Shown here one piece after another: positions 31,077 through 40,270 of a DNA stretch of 64,000 nt. The stretch is from Gemmatimonadota bacterium (lineage in GTDB: Bacteria; Gemmatimonadota; Gemmatimonadetes; Palauibacterales; KS3-K002), in contig JBDHKG010000020.1 of assembly GCA_039586495.1 (NCBI GenBank), forward strand, positions 1,181 to 65,180. Direction: 5' to 3'. Numbering within the stretch: position 1 is the first letter of the stretch; each line of letters begins with the position of its first letter. The notes under the pieces were generated by a model. The model was not told the origin of the DNA. It saw nothing but the letters and a program-made list of their open reading frames with translations, and did no database searches. The translations under genes and the position numbers were made by a program.

Positions 31077-33182
31077 ATGAGAGCACCGTCTGGAGTCCGC
31101 GTTCTGACGCTTGGCGCGCACCTGTTTGCGGCGCTTGTAGGGTTGCCCTTTGTCGCCGCGGAGGCCTCAGCGCAGGCACCTCAGGACACGGTCGCGCCTG
31201 ACACGGTCTTCCTCGTCGAGGAGATCACGGTCCGGATCGCCCGGCCTGTCGCCACGGCAGGTGGCGCCAGCGCGCTCACCGCCGCACTGGACTCGTTGAG
31301 GGTGAGGGCGTCGCCGACGCTGGAGGAGGTGCTGCGGCAGGTACCGCTTATCCAGATCCGCGAGAACTCGCGGGGCGAGGCACAGCCGCAGCTGCGGGGC
31401 ATGGAGTCGCGAAATGTGGCGGTGTTGGTGGACGACGTGCCGCTCACGCTGGGCTGGGACAACCGCACTGACCTATCGGTCATCCCGCTGACGGCGGCCC
31501 GTGAACTGACATTGGTGCGAGGCCTCTCCTCGGTGCTCCACGGGCCGAACGCGCTGGGCGGTGTGGTTATCGTCGCTCTGGGAGATGGATCTTCTATCCC
31601 GCGTGATCTCCCGCCGCTGCGACTCTCGGCGGGCGTGGATCACCTGGGTGGCAGCGCCCTGGCCTTGGGGCTGGCGACCGTGTTCCGCGGCGATGCCGGT
31701 GATCTGCTGCTGCGGGCCGGGGGCGGCTACCGAAAACGTTCGGCGACGCCGCTGCCGTCAGGTTCGGATGAGGATCAGCGTGATCTCTTCGAACGCTTCG
31801 AGCAGGTGCCGCCGTCGGACGTCGACGATGAGCGCCTGAACAGCGACTTCGAGCAAGCCAACGGCTACGTCATAGCGCGCTATCAGGACGAAGACGGTCC
31901 TTGGGCGTCGCTCTCCTCCTTCGGTTTCGTGGCGGAGCGAGGTGTGCCGCCGGAACTGCATATCCGGGGACCGCGTCTGTGGCGCTACCCGAGGACGGCG
32001 CGCTGGGTGGCAGCTCTGTCCGCTGGCACCGGCTGGTCGGGTACACCGCTGGGCGAGGGTGATCTGGAGGCGAGCCTGGGGCTCGACTTCGGCGAGACGG
32101 AGATTGACGAGTATTGGACTCCGGCCTACGACTCCATCTCCTCCGGCGAGTCGGGGGACGACCGGACGCTATCGCTCCGGTTGTTGGGCGACCATACGCT
32201 GGGCCCGGGGATCCTGCGCGGCGCCCTCACACTTGTGGAGACGCGCCATGTGGAGGTCATCGACGACGGTGATCCCCGCTCGTACAAGCAGCGTCTCTGG
32301 AGCCTGGGACTCGAGGTTGAGCAGCCGTTCAGCGGGGGCGGACGGGCGTCGCCGCGGGCCAGGGTGAGCGTGGGCGTGAGCGTGGACGGGTCCGACACAC
32401 CGGAGGTGCCGGCGGACATCACACCCCGTGATCGCATCTGGGACTGGGGCGCCCGGGCCGGCGGGACGGTGGCACTGGGGGCGGGAAACGTGTTGCTCAA
32501 CGCCGGGGTGAGTCGCCGCGTTCGCTTCCCAGCGCTGCGGGAGCTCTACTCGGGTGCCCTTGGCAAGTTCGAGCCCAATCACGACCTCGGTCCGGAGGTT
32601 CTCGCCGTTGCGGAGCTGGGCGTCACGGCCCAGGTTGGCAAGCTGGAGGCGCAAGCTGTCGCGTTCCACCAGCGGCTCACCGACGCGATCGTCCGGGTCA
32701 GCATCGGTGACGGCAGGCTGCAACGGCAGAACCGTGACAAGATCCTCAGCACGGGGCTCGAGCTGTTGGCAAGCCACGCGTGGCGTGGGCTGGCACTGGC
32801 CGCGGACTTGACGCTCAAGGACGTCAGCCTGGAGGATCCGACGGTTCCGCAAGAGCAAGAGGAGCCCGAGTATCAGCCGTGGATCGCGGGCAGCCTCGCG
32901 TTGGCTACGCCGCTAGCCTTCGGCGTCTGGGCAAGCGGCCGCGTGCGGCACGTGGGCCGTCGCTACTGCGTGCACCCGGACCAAGAGGAGCAGGAGCGAG
33001 TGGGCGCCGACAGCTGGTTGGATCTCGAGGTCGGCCGTGGCTTCAATCTGCGTGGCGCCTATCCCGGCCGGCGCCTGGAGCTTACCTTCAGCGCGGACAA
33101 CGTGACGGACACGGCAGCCTACGATCAGTGCGGGCTGCCGCAACCGGGCCGGCTGCTACGCTTGCAGGTGCGTATTTTCTAG
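31077..33182 (+). CDS. TonB-dependent outer-membrane receptor.
   Basis: Signal peptide, a plug domain ('NVAVLVDDVPLTLGWDNRTDLSVIPL', 'LTLVRGLSSVLHGPNALGGVVIV'), a long barrel and a C-terminal '...LQVRIF' with terminal Phe. Confidence 0.85.
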   Translation: MRAPSGVRVLTLGAHLFAALVGLPFVAAEASAQAPQDTVAPDTVFLVEEITVRIARPVATAGGASALTAALDSLRVRASPTLEEVLRQVPLIQIRENSRGEAQPQLRGMESRNVAVLVDDVPLTLGWDNRTDLSVIPLTAARELTLVRGLSSVLHGPNALGGVVIVALGDGSSIPRDLPPLRLSAGVDHLGGSALALGLATVFRGDAGDLLLRAGGGYRKRSATPLPSGSDEDQRDLFERFEQVPPSDVDDERLNSDFEQANGYVIARYQDEDGPWASLSSFGFVAERGVPPELHIRGPRLWRYPRTARWVAALSAGTGWSGTPLGEGDLEASLGLDFGETEIDEYWTPAYDSISSGESGDDRTLSLRLLGDHTLGPGILRGALTLVETRHVEVIDDGDPRSYKQRLWSLGLEVEQPFSGGGRASPRARVSVGVSVDGSDTPEVPADITPRDRIWDWGARAGGTVALGAGNVLLNAGVSRRVRFPALRELYSGALGKFEPNHDLGPEVLAVAELGVTAQVGKLEAQAVAFHQRLTDAIVRVSIGDGRLQRQNRDKILSTGLELLASHAWRGLALAADLTLKDVSLEDPTVPQEQEEPEYQPWIAGSLALATPLAFGVWASGRVRHVGRRYCVHPDQEEQERVGADSWLDLEVGRGFNLRGAYPGRRLELTFSADNVTDTAAYDQCGLPQPGRLLRLQVRIF

Positions 33183-33206
33183 AAGGAACCGGAAGAGGCG
33201 CCGATC

Positions 33207-33617
33207 GTGAGTACGCAGCGGCAGAAGACCCTCCCATTCATCGTCGTGCTTGTGGCGATCGCTGTCCTGGCGCTCGGTATCGTTCTGCCTACAAGCGGTG
33301 CGCTGGAGCCGATGGAGGGGTTCGTACGCCGCTGGTTCTTCGCGGTCTTCTGCACGCTCTATGCGCTGGCCCAGGCGCGGGTCTATCGGATGCGCCGACG
33401 TCAGCAAGCGCGTGTGGCGAGCGACATGCCCGTCTTTTCGTTCGGCTTCTTCACCCTGCTCTGGTTCGTACTCGCCGTCGCCGCGGTCATCTACGGGATA
33501 GTCGGCCCTGGAGGGCGGTGGGAGACCGCCGCCTGGGTGACGGTCGGGCTCGTCGTCTCCATCCAGCTTGTCATCCTGGGCAGGCTGCAGCGCCGGACCG
33601 AGACCGAGCGAGGCTAG
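33207..33617 (+). CDS. Small integral membrane protein (hypothetical).
   Basis: GTG start. Four predicted TM helices. No recognisable family. Confidence 0.45.
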   Translation: MSTQRQKTLPFIVVLVAIAVLALGIVLPTSGALEPMEGFVRRWFFAVFCTLYALAQARVYRMRRRQQARVASDMPVFSFGFFTLLWFVLAVAAVIYGIVGPGGRWETAAWVTVGLVVSIQLVILGRLQRRTETERG

Positions 33618-33771
33618 AGGCCGGCCCTCTCTGCCGTTATCGCTGTGGCCCTGCCGTCCCCTCGAGGTTGTCCCCACATTCGGTGCCTCACATCTTGCGG
33701 ACTGTTGGCCGGTGGCCTGTGACGTGGAGTGAACGGCTCAGGACATGTAACAGACGAGCGGGAGGTGCACT

Positions 33772-34623
33772 ATGCGATGCTCAAGCCGATTTGCGCTCAC
33801 CTGCCTGGCGGGCCTGGCTGTCTGGATCGGCTGTCAGCCGGCGCAGCGTGAACCCGGCGATACGCTTGCGGCTCTCTTCTCGGGTGAGGAAGCTGAGTGG
33901 ATCGACATGAGCTACGCGTATGATGAGAGCACGATCTTCTGGCCGACGGCCCAGTCCTTCGAGCTGGAAGTCGTCTCGGCGGGCGTGACCGAGCGCGGCT
34001 ACTTCTACGCGTCCAACAACTTCTGCATGGCCGAGCACGGCGGCACGCACTTCGACGCGCCGATCCACTTCGCCGAAGGCGGGCAGACGGCGGAGCAGGT
34101 TCCGATCGAGCGGCTGATCGGCCCGGCGGTGGTGATCGATGTGAGCGCGGCGGCCGAGGCCGATCCTGACTATCAGATCGGCGTGAGCGACTTCGAGGCC
34201 TGGGAGGCGGAGCACGGGCGCATCCCTGAGGGCGCGATCGTGCTGCTGAACACCGGCTGGGGTGAGCGCTGGCCGGATCGTGGCCGCGTTCTCGGGACCA
34301 CGCTCACCGGTCCAGAGGCGGTCCCGGAGCTGCACTTCCCGGGCCTGCACCCGGACGCCGCCCGCTGGCTGGTGGAGAACCGGCAGATCGACGCGATCGG
34401 GCTCGACACGCCGAGCATCGACTACGGTCAGTCGACGCTGTTCGAGACCCATCGGGTCCTCTACGCCGCCAGCCTCCCGGCGCTGGAAAACGTAGCGCTG
34501 CTGGACAGGCTGCCGGCGACTGGCGCCTACGTGATCGCGTTGCCGATGAAGATCCGGCGCGGCAGCGGCGGCCCGACCCGCCTCGTGGGTGTGATTCCAC
34601 GTGCGGCGAGTGCAGGGGGTTGA
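33772..34623 (+). CDS. Cyclase-family protein (kynurenine formamidase-like, PF04199), lipoprotein.
   Basis: Signal with lipobox (LAVWIGC). Metal-binding motifs 'EHGGTHFDAPIHF' and 'IDAIGLDTPSIDYG'. Confidence 0.8.
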   Translation: MRCSSRFALTCLAGLAVWIGCQPAQREPGDTLAALFSGEEAEWIDMSYAYDESTIFWPTAQSFELEVVSAGVTERGYFYASNNFCMAEHGGTHFDAPIHFAEGGQTAEQVPIERLIGPAVVIDVSAAAEADPDYQIGVSDFEAWEAEHGRIPEGAIVLLNTGWGERWPDRGRVLGTTLTGPEAVPELHFPGLHPDAARWLVENRQIDAIGLDTPSIDYGQSTLFETHRVLYAASLPALENVALLDRLPATGAYVIALPMKIRRGSGGPTRLVGVIPRAASAGG

Positions 34624-34651
34624 GCGCGTAGGTGCGCGGTAGCCAACGCGT

Positions 34652-34679
34652 AAACAGAAAGGGCCGGCCGCGCCGGCCC
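34652..34679 (-). terminator. Bidirectional intrinsic terminator between convergent genes. It is a better fit for the minus-strand blaR-like gene.
   Basis: Perfect 8-bp stem gggccggc/gccggccc with loop cgc. On the minus strand it is followed by tttctgttta. Confidence 0.5.
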
Positions 34680-34723
34680 CTGTTGCACAGCCACTGACTC
34701 GAGTCGGGGATCACCGCCGCTTG

Positions 34724-36016
34724 CTAAGACTTGGGCTTAACGGCGAAGGTGATCGGGATCGCCATCCAGACCGGCACGACTTCCTCACGGTTACGGGCGG
34801 GTATGAACTCCCACTCGCGGGCCACCACCAGCCCCGCCGCGTCCAGCGCCTCGTTCCCAGAGCTCTCCTTCAGTTTCACGTTGGCGACGTTGCCGTCGCT
34901 ATCGATGAAAACCCAGACGACCATGGTGCCGCCGATGCCGGCACCTTTGAGGTCCTCCGGGTAGTGCCGCTCGACTGCGCGCTTCGCCTCCTCGAGGTCC
35001 TTGAACTCAGGCCTTGCCGTGTACGGCGTGAACACCGGCTCGGCGCCGATCTCTTGGGCAACGCTCTCCGCCGGCGGCAGGTCAACACCGCTCTCCGTCG
35101 ACTCCTGCGGCGCGCGCAGCTGACAGGCCGCGGCGAGCAGCGTGCCCGCAATCAGGGATGCGGCTATCGCACTCTCGACGCGCCGATGTGGTCTCCTGGC
35201 AGTCATGTTCCGAACTCTCCTTTCCAGAAACGTCTTGTGCTCCGCAAACGCCGTCGGAAGCGTCGCGAGCCCCGAGCCGTGGCGGGCTACCTCTAGCAGG
35301 AGCGTGCCATACAGCTGCGGCTGCGCACCCTTGAGCAGCACCCGCCCGTCACAGTCCAACTCCACCGCCAGACGCAGGCGGCGAAACTGCCACCACAGCG
35401 GAAGGTTCCACGGCATGAGGACAAGCGCCGCCAACGCGAAGCCGAGTAAACGATGATCTCCTGCGCGCACGTGCTCCTCCTCGTGCGTCAGCACTAATCG
35501 CCTAAGTCCCTCCTCCAGCTCCAGTGCCCAGCGGGGGATCACGATCCGGCCGCGGACTAGCCCCAGTACCGCCGGACCCAGCTGTCGTGAGATGAAGACC
35601 GTGCTGCCCGCGAGCACCTCCGCGGACCAGTCTCGGCTCTCGCTCCGGAGGCACCTGTAGGAGCGGAGGTAGAAGAGCAGCAAGGTGAGGGAGGCGAGCA
35701 GCCAGAGGGCAATGAGCACAGAGTCGATCTGCGCCAACAGCGGCCGCGTGGTCGGCCCCGCGCTCAAAGGCCCAGCAGCGACGGTAAGACCTTCCACGGC
35801 CGCCTGGAGCGCGGGTGGCAGCGACTCTCGCGAGAACCTTTGCCACCCAGGGAGGACATACGTGGAGAGGGGCAGGGCAAGAGACCCGATCATAGCGCCC
35901 AGCCAGACCCAGCGGACGGGCCGGCCGTAGAGGCGAAACGCGTGCTCAAACGCCAGGGCCGCACCCGCGAGCAGGAGGCCGACGACAAGGCAGTAAGCGA
36001 TCCAGGCCGCGATCAT
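34724..36016 (-). CDS. BlaR1-like M56 metallopeptidase signal transducer with a C-terminal TonB-C domain.
   Basis: HExxH site 'LTHEEEHVRAGDH' within an M56 TM region. The C-terminus 'GTMVVWVFIDSDGNVANVKLKESSGNEALDAAGLVVAREWEFIPARNREEVVPVWMAIPITF' is TonB C-terminal-like. It overlaps the upstream blaI by 4 nt. Confidence 0.8.
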   Translation of the reverse strand: MIAAWIAYCLVVGLLLAGAALAFEHAFRLYGRPVRWVWLGAMIGSLALPLSTYVLPGWQRFSRESLPPALQAAVEGLTVAAGPLSAGPTTRPLLAQIDSVLIALWLLASLTLLLFYLRSYRCLRSESRDWSAEVLAGSTVFISRQLGPAVLGLVRGRIVIPRWALELEEGLRRLVLTHEEEHVRAGDHRLLGFALAALVLMPWNLPLWWQFRRLRLAVELDCDGRVLLKGAQPQLYGTLLLEVARHGSGLATLPTAFAEHKTFLERRVRNMTARRPHRRVESAIAASLIAGTLLAAACQLRAPQESTESGVDLPPAESVAQEIGAEPVFTPYTARPEFKDLEEAKRAVERHYPEDLKGAGIGGTMVVWVFIDSDGNVANVKLKESSGNEALDAAGLVVAREWEFIPARNREEVVPVWMAIPITFAVKPKS

Positions 36017-36390
36017 GCTTCGCCCTCCTCTCCCAGCCGCTGGTTCAGAAGCTCACGCAGGCGGCGCAGTTCCGCCTCCGAGATGGCTTCTTCGGCGACG
36101 AGCTGGGTCAGTAACGCCTCCGGCGACCCGCTGAAGATCTTGCTGACCACGTGCCGCAGAGCGGTGGCGCGGGCCTCGTCACGGCCCACCAGCGGGAAGT
36201 AGCGGTGAGCGCGACCCTCTGGCTCGCGGCGCACGTGGCCCTTGGCCTCGAGGGTGCGCAGGATGGTGAGGACCGTGGTGTAAGCCAGGTCCGGCTCAAG
36301 GCGTTCCTGCACCTGCCGCACCGTGGCCGAGCCCAGGCCCCAGAGCACGGCCATAATGTCGAGCTCGCGATCGGTGAACGAGACGGACAT
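36013..36390 (-). CDS. BlaI/MecI/CopY-family transcriptional repressor.
   Basis: 125 aa. 'LDIMAVLWGLGSATVRQVQERL...YTTVLTILRTLEAKGHVRRE...RYFPLV' is a penicillinase-repressor wHTH. Confidence 0.85.
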   Translation of the reverse strand: MSVSFTDRELDIMAVLWGLGSATVRQVQERLEPDLAYTTVLTILRTLEAKGHVRREPEGRAHRYFPLVGRDEARATALRHVVSKIFSGSPEALLTQLVAEEAISEAELRRLRELLNQRLGEEGEA

Positions 36391-36409
36391 GTTGCCCCCC
36401 TGGCTATTT

Positions 36410-36471
36410 ACTATGCTTATAGTAGATGATAGGGCAGGGGGGCCGCTTTGTCAACTATTCATGTAGTAGAT
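36410..36471 (-). promoter_or_regulatory. blaI promoter (TTGACA-17-TATCAT on the minus strand) overlapped by two 18-bp operator-like boxes.
   Basis: Minus-strand -35 is TTGACA (plus coordinates 36449..36454). The 17-nt spacer precedes the -10 TATCAT (36426..36431). Box 1 ACTATGCTTATAGTAGAT (36410..36427) overlaps the -10. Box 2 ACTATTCATGTAGTAGAT (36454..36471) overlaps the -35. Fourteen of 18 positions are identical between the boxes, and each has dyad character (ACTAT..TAGTA). The region is flanked by CCCCCCTG...CAGGGGGG. Confidence 0.55.
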
Positions 36472-36491
36472 AAACAGGGCCGGGACACGCC

Positions 36492-37736
36492 CTACTCGTA
36501 GCGCAGCGCCTCCACCGGATCGACCTTCGCCGCCCGGCGCGCCGGTAGGATGCCGGCGGCTAGGCCGATCGCGATGAGCACACCGGCGCAGACGAGGGCG
36601 ATGGGCAGGGAGAGCTTGGGGTTGGCGATGTAGACCATGGCGCCGTCGTCGGCGGGCAGGCTGTCCACCCCGAGGATCACAGCGATCGAGAAGACGAGCC
36701 CGATGGTGCCGCCGATCAGCGTGAGCGCTACCGACTCGAAGATGAACTGGCCCATGATGTGGCGCCTGCGCGCGCCGATCGACCGCTTGATGCCGATCTC
36801 CTTCGTCCGCTCCTTCACGACCACGTACATGATGTTGGCGACGCCGACGCCGGCGACCAGCAGCGTGAACAGGCCCACCAGGCCGAGGAAGATCTCGATC
36901 CCATAGCCGATGGCGTTCACCTCTTTCTGGTCCTCGATGAAGTCCCACATGGGGAGGGCGCGCTCGTCTTCCGGGTCGAACTTGTACTTGGCCCCCAGCA
37001 CCCGGAACAGCTCCCCTCTAACGGACTCGGCGCGCATAACGTCCCGCGGCCTGAGCAGCAGGTGGCTCACGTAGCGCTGGCCGTAGATGTTCCTGAAGGT
37101 TGAGGCGGGGATGATCGCCCGGTCGGCGTCGGGCCCATTGTTCATGCTGTCCTGGAACTTCTTCTGCATGACGCCGATGACCGTGAACGGCAGGCCGTCC
37201 AACCTCACGGTCCTGCCCACGGGGTCTTCCTCACCGAACAGCTCCTCGGCGATCTCGTTGCCCAGGAACAGAACGCGCCGTCGCTCGTCCAGGTCGCGCT
37301 GGTTGATGAAGCGGCTGCCTGCGCGCGGGAACATCCGCCGCATCTCCTCGAAGGCGGGGTGGACGCCCTCCATGAAAGTAGTCGTTTTGTTGTCGCCAGC
37401 CTCCAGGGTGGTGCCCCAGCGGCCGTAAGAAGGGCTGACGAGGTCGATCTCGGGGATGGCGCGGCTGATGAGATCGAGGTCGTCTTCGATCAAGCGGACC
37501 TGGCGGCCCTTCGGCAGGCCCTCGTAGGGCATGCTGGTCACGCCGCCGTAGACCATGAAGATGCGCTCGCCCGCGTTGACTAGACCGCGGAGGATGGCGA
37601 GGCGGAGACCTTCGCCGAAGCCGAGGAGCAGGACGACCGCGATCGTGCCCCAGGTGATCGCGAACATGGTGAGCAAGACGCGGGTCTTCTGCGCCTTCAG
37701 GTCACCGATGAACTCGCCGAGTAGTATTCTCCACAT
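36492..37736 (-). CDS. ABC-transporter permease, FtsX/MacB-like, permease-only with no ATPase domain.
   Basis: 414 aa. N-terminal TM, a large periplasmic domain and three C-terminal TMs ('GVANIMYVVVKERTKEIGIKRSIGARRRHIMGQFIFES'). Confidence 0.85.
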   Translation of the reverse strand: MWRILLGEFIGDLKAQKTRVLLTMFAITWGTIAVVLLLGFGEGLRLAILRGLVNAGERIFMVYGGVTSMPYEGLPKGRQVRLIEDDLDLISRAIPEIDLVSPSYGRWGTTLEAGDNKTTTFMEGVHPAFEEMRRMFPRAGSRFINQRDLDERRRVLFLGNEIAEELFGEEDPVGRTVRLDGLPFTVIGVMQKKFQDSMNNGPDADRAIIPASTFRNIYGQRYVSHLLLRPRDVMRAESVRGELFRVLGAKYKFDPEDERALPMWDFIEDQKEVNAIGYGIEIFLGLVGLFTLLVAGVGVANIMYVVVKERTKEIGIKRSIGARRRHIMGQFIFESVALTLIGGTIGLVFSIAVILGVDSLPADDGAMVYIANPKLSLPIALVCAGVLIAIGLAAGILPARRAAKVDPVEALRYE

Positions 37737-37739
37737 GGC

Positions 37740-38972
37740 TCAGTACCGCAGGCACTCCACGGGGTCCAGGTTCGCCGCCTTGCGGGCGGGGAAGTATCCG
37801 GCGAGAAGCGCGACCCCGGTCAGCAGGACGATCGTGACGGTCGCGACGACCGGCGAGAGCGTGGGCCGACCGACGAACTCCTGCATCGGCAGGTTGGCTC
37901 CGAGTCTGATGATCGCCAGGGAGATGACGAAGCCGAGGGCGGCGCCGCTGCCGACGACGACGAAGGCTTGGCCGAGGAACTGGAGCAGGATGTCGCGCTT
38001 GCGGGCGCCGACGGAGCGTCGGATGCCGATCTCACGGGTGCGTTCCTTGACGACGATGTACATGATGTTGGCCACGCCGATACCGCCGACGGTCAGCGTG
38101 AAGGCGCCGACGATCCCGAGAAAGATGTTCATGCCGAGGAAGATGGCGTTGGCCATCTGATCGTATTCATGGGTGTCCCACTCCATCAGGGCATCGTCGT
38201 CGCTCGGGTCGTAGCGGTACTTGCGGCCCAGCACCTCGTTGATGCGCCGCTCCACGCCCCGGGTCACCTCGGGGGTGCTGGTGCGGTAGACGATGTTGGC
38301 CAGGTAGCGCTGGCCGAAGATCGCCCTGTGCGTGCTTGCCGGGATGAAGACGCGGTCGCGGTCGCGCGAGTTGTAGGAGGAATTCTGCTGCTTCTCCTTG
38401 AGCACGCCGATGACGGTGAACGGCACGTCGCCGACGAACACCTGCTTACCGACCGGGTTCTCGTCCTCGAATAGGAGATTGGTCAGCTCGTTGCCTAGGA
38501 AGGCCACGCGGCGCCGCTCGTCCATGTCCGCCTGGTTGATGAAGCGGCCGCCCCAGTCGGGGATCACGTTGCGCATGTCGCCGAAGACCGGGTAGACGCC
38601 GGTCACGTTGGGCCGCGCGCTGTTCCGCCCGCGCCGCACCGCAACGCCCCAGCGGCTGTATTCCGGGCTGATCTGGAGGATGTCGGGGATCTCGCGCTGC
38701 AGCAGACGGACATCCTCCTCTTGCAGCCGGATGAAGCGCCCTTCCGGGAAGCCCTCGTAGGTCTTGGTCGTTCGGTTGCCGAAGACGATGACGATCCGCT
38801 CGCCGATACCGTGCATCCGCTTGCGGGTCTGCCTCTCCAGACCGACGCCGAAGGCCAGCAGCACGACCACGGCGACGGTGCCCCAGGTGATCCCCATGAT
38901 GGTGAGCACCGTGCGCAGCCGCTGCGTGCGGATGTCGTTGAAGAAGTCCGTGAAGCTGCCGAAGATCCGCAT
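37740..38972 (-). CDS. ABC-transporter permease, FtsX/MacB-like, permease-only, paralog of 36492..37736.
   Basis: 410 aa with the same architecture ('GVANIMYIVVKERTREIGIRRSVGARKRDILLQFLGQA'). Confidence 0.85.
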   Translation of the reverse strand: MRIFGSFTDFFNDIRTQRLRTVLTIMGITWGTVAVVVLLAFGVGLERQTRKRMHGIGERIVIVFGNRTTKTYEGFPEGRFIRLQEEDVRLLQREIPDILQISPEYSRWGVAVRRGRNSARPNVTGVYPVFGDMRNVIPDWGGRFINQADMDERRRVAFLGNELTNLLFEDENPVGKQVFVGDVPFTVIGVLKEKQQNSSYNSRDRDRVFIPASTHRAIFGQRYLANIVYRTSTPEVTRGVERRINEVLGRKYRYDPSDDDALMEWDTHEYDQMANAIFLGMNIFLGIVGAFTLTVGGIGVANIMYIVVKERTREIGIRRSVGARKRDILLQFLGQAFVVVGSGAALGFVISLAIIRLGANLPMQEFVGRPTLSPVVATVTIVLLTGVALLAGYFPARKAANLDPVECLRY

Positions 38973-38980
38973 GGCTTGGC

Positions 38981-40072
38981 CTACTCGATCTCGCGCGGCG
39001 GCGGCTCGACCACCTTCTCGCCCTCTTCCAGGCCGGAGATGACCTCGACGTTGATGGCATCGCTGAGCCCGGTCTCGATGACACGCTCCTCCTGGGTCCC
39101 GTCATCCAGCAGCACGGTCACGCGGGCAGTGTCACTTGAGATTCTGATGAGCCGTTCTGGGATCATCAGGGCATCGTCGCGCCGGTCGATGATGACGTCG
39201 GCCTGGGCTGAGTAGCCTGCCCGCAGGACCACGTCGTCCGTGGGATCGAGGGTGATCTCGACGGGGAAAACCGTGGCGTTGTCCTGGGTTCGTGCCTTGA
39301 GCGAGATCTTGTAGAGCGTGCCGGTCACGCTGGCGTTCGGTAGCGCGCCGATCTTGATCTCTACCGGCATCCCCTCACGCAGGCGTCCCACATCGATCTC
39401 GTCCACGCTGCCGCGGAAGATCAGCGAGCTCATCTCCGCCATCGTGATGAGCACTGTCCCCTCCTGGTACGGGTTGAGCGGCACGACCGGGTCTCCGATC
39501 TCGACGTTCTTCTCCAGGATGAATCCGTCGATGGGCGACTTGATGATGGCGTCGATGTTCTGGTCGGCCATGCGGACACGGCCTTCCTCGAGCAGTGCCA
39601 GCCGTTCCTCCGCCAGCTTCAAGTTGAGTTCCGCTTCGTCGTAGGCGCGCTCCGCGGTCTCGTACTGGTCCTGAGAGATGAGGCCCTGGTCCATCAGGCT
39701 GCGCTGGCGAGCCAGCTCGCGGCGCTGGTTCTCGAGCTCGAGTTGGCGCAGCTCGAGCTGGCGCCGCGTCTCCACCAGTTCGAGAGGCGTCGGCGTCGGC
39801 TTGATCTCCAGCAGCGGGGCGCCGGCCCGGACGAACTCGCCGACTTCGGCGAACTCCTGGCTCACCACGCCGGAGATCTTCGACTTGACGCTGATCTCCA
39901 CCTCGGGCTCGATCTGGCCGACGGCGAGCGCCTTGTCGACGATCTCGCCGCGCTCGACCTCGACGGTCCTGACATCGTTGCCGTTCGAGCCGCCGTTGCG
40001 GACGGCGGCGACCGCTCCAACGCCGACCACGGCGGCGGCGACGCCGAGGACGACCTTAGTCCGTCGCTTCAT
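38981..40072 (-). CDS. Periplasmic adaptor / membrane-fusion protein (HlyD/MacA family).
   Basis: N-terminal TM, a coiled-coil region ('LELRQLELENQRRELARQRSLMDQGLISQDQYETAERAYDEAELNLKLAEERLALLEE'), and beta-barrel/lipoyl segments. Confidence 0.85.
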   Translation of the reverse strand: MKRRTKVVLGVAAAVVGVGAVAAVRNGGSNGNDVRTVEVERGEIVDKALAVGQIEPEVEISVKSKISGVVSQEFAEVGEFVRAGAPLLEIKPTPTPLELVETRRQLELRQLELENQRRELARQRSLMDQGLISQDQYETAERAYDEAELNLKLAEERLALLEEGRVRMADQNIDAIIKSPIDGFILEKNVEIGDPVVPLNPYQEGTVLITMAEMSSLIFRGSVDEIDVGRLREGMPVEIKIGALPNASVTGTLYKISLKARTQDNATVFPVEITLDPTDDVVLRAGYSAQADVIIDRRDDALMIPERLIRISSDTARVTVLLDDGTQEERVIETGLSDAINVEVISGLEEGEKVVEPPPREIE

Positions 40073-40270
40073 CCTGACTGCTCCGTAGAGAAAAGCTGGT
40101 GTGTCTGCTGTCTGTGGGATTCAGGCCAGAACGCGGCTGCCTGTCCCACCTGCCCGGCCCCTTCCCGGGCCCTCCAACCCTTCGGGGCGCGAGAATGGGG
40201 CCTTACATGCGACACTACGGAGGTGGGCCGGCGGGAGGTTTCAGCCTGGCCGCCGGCCGCCGGGACCCGC

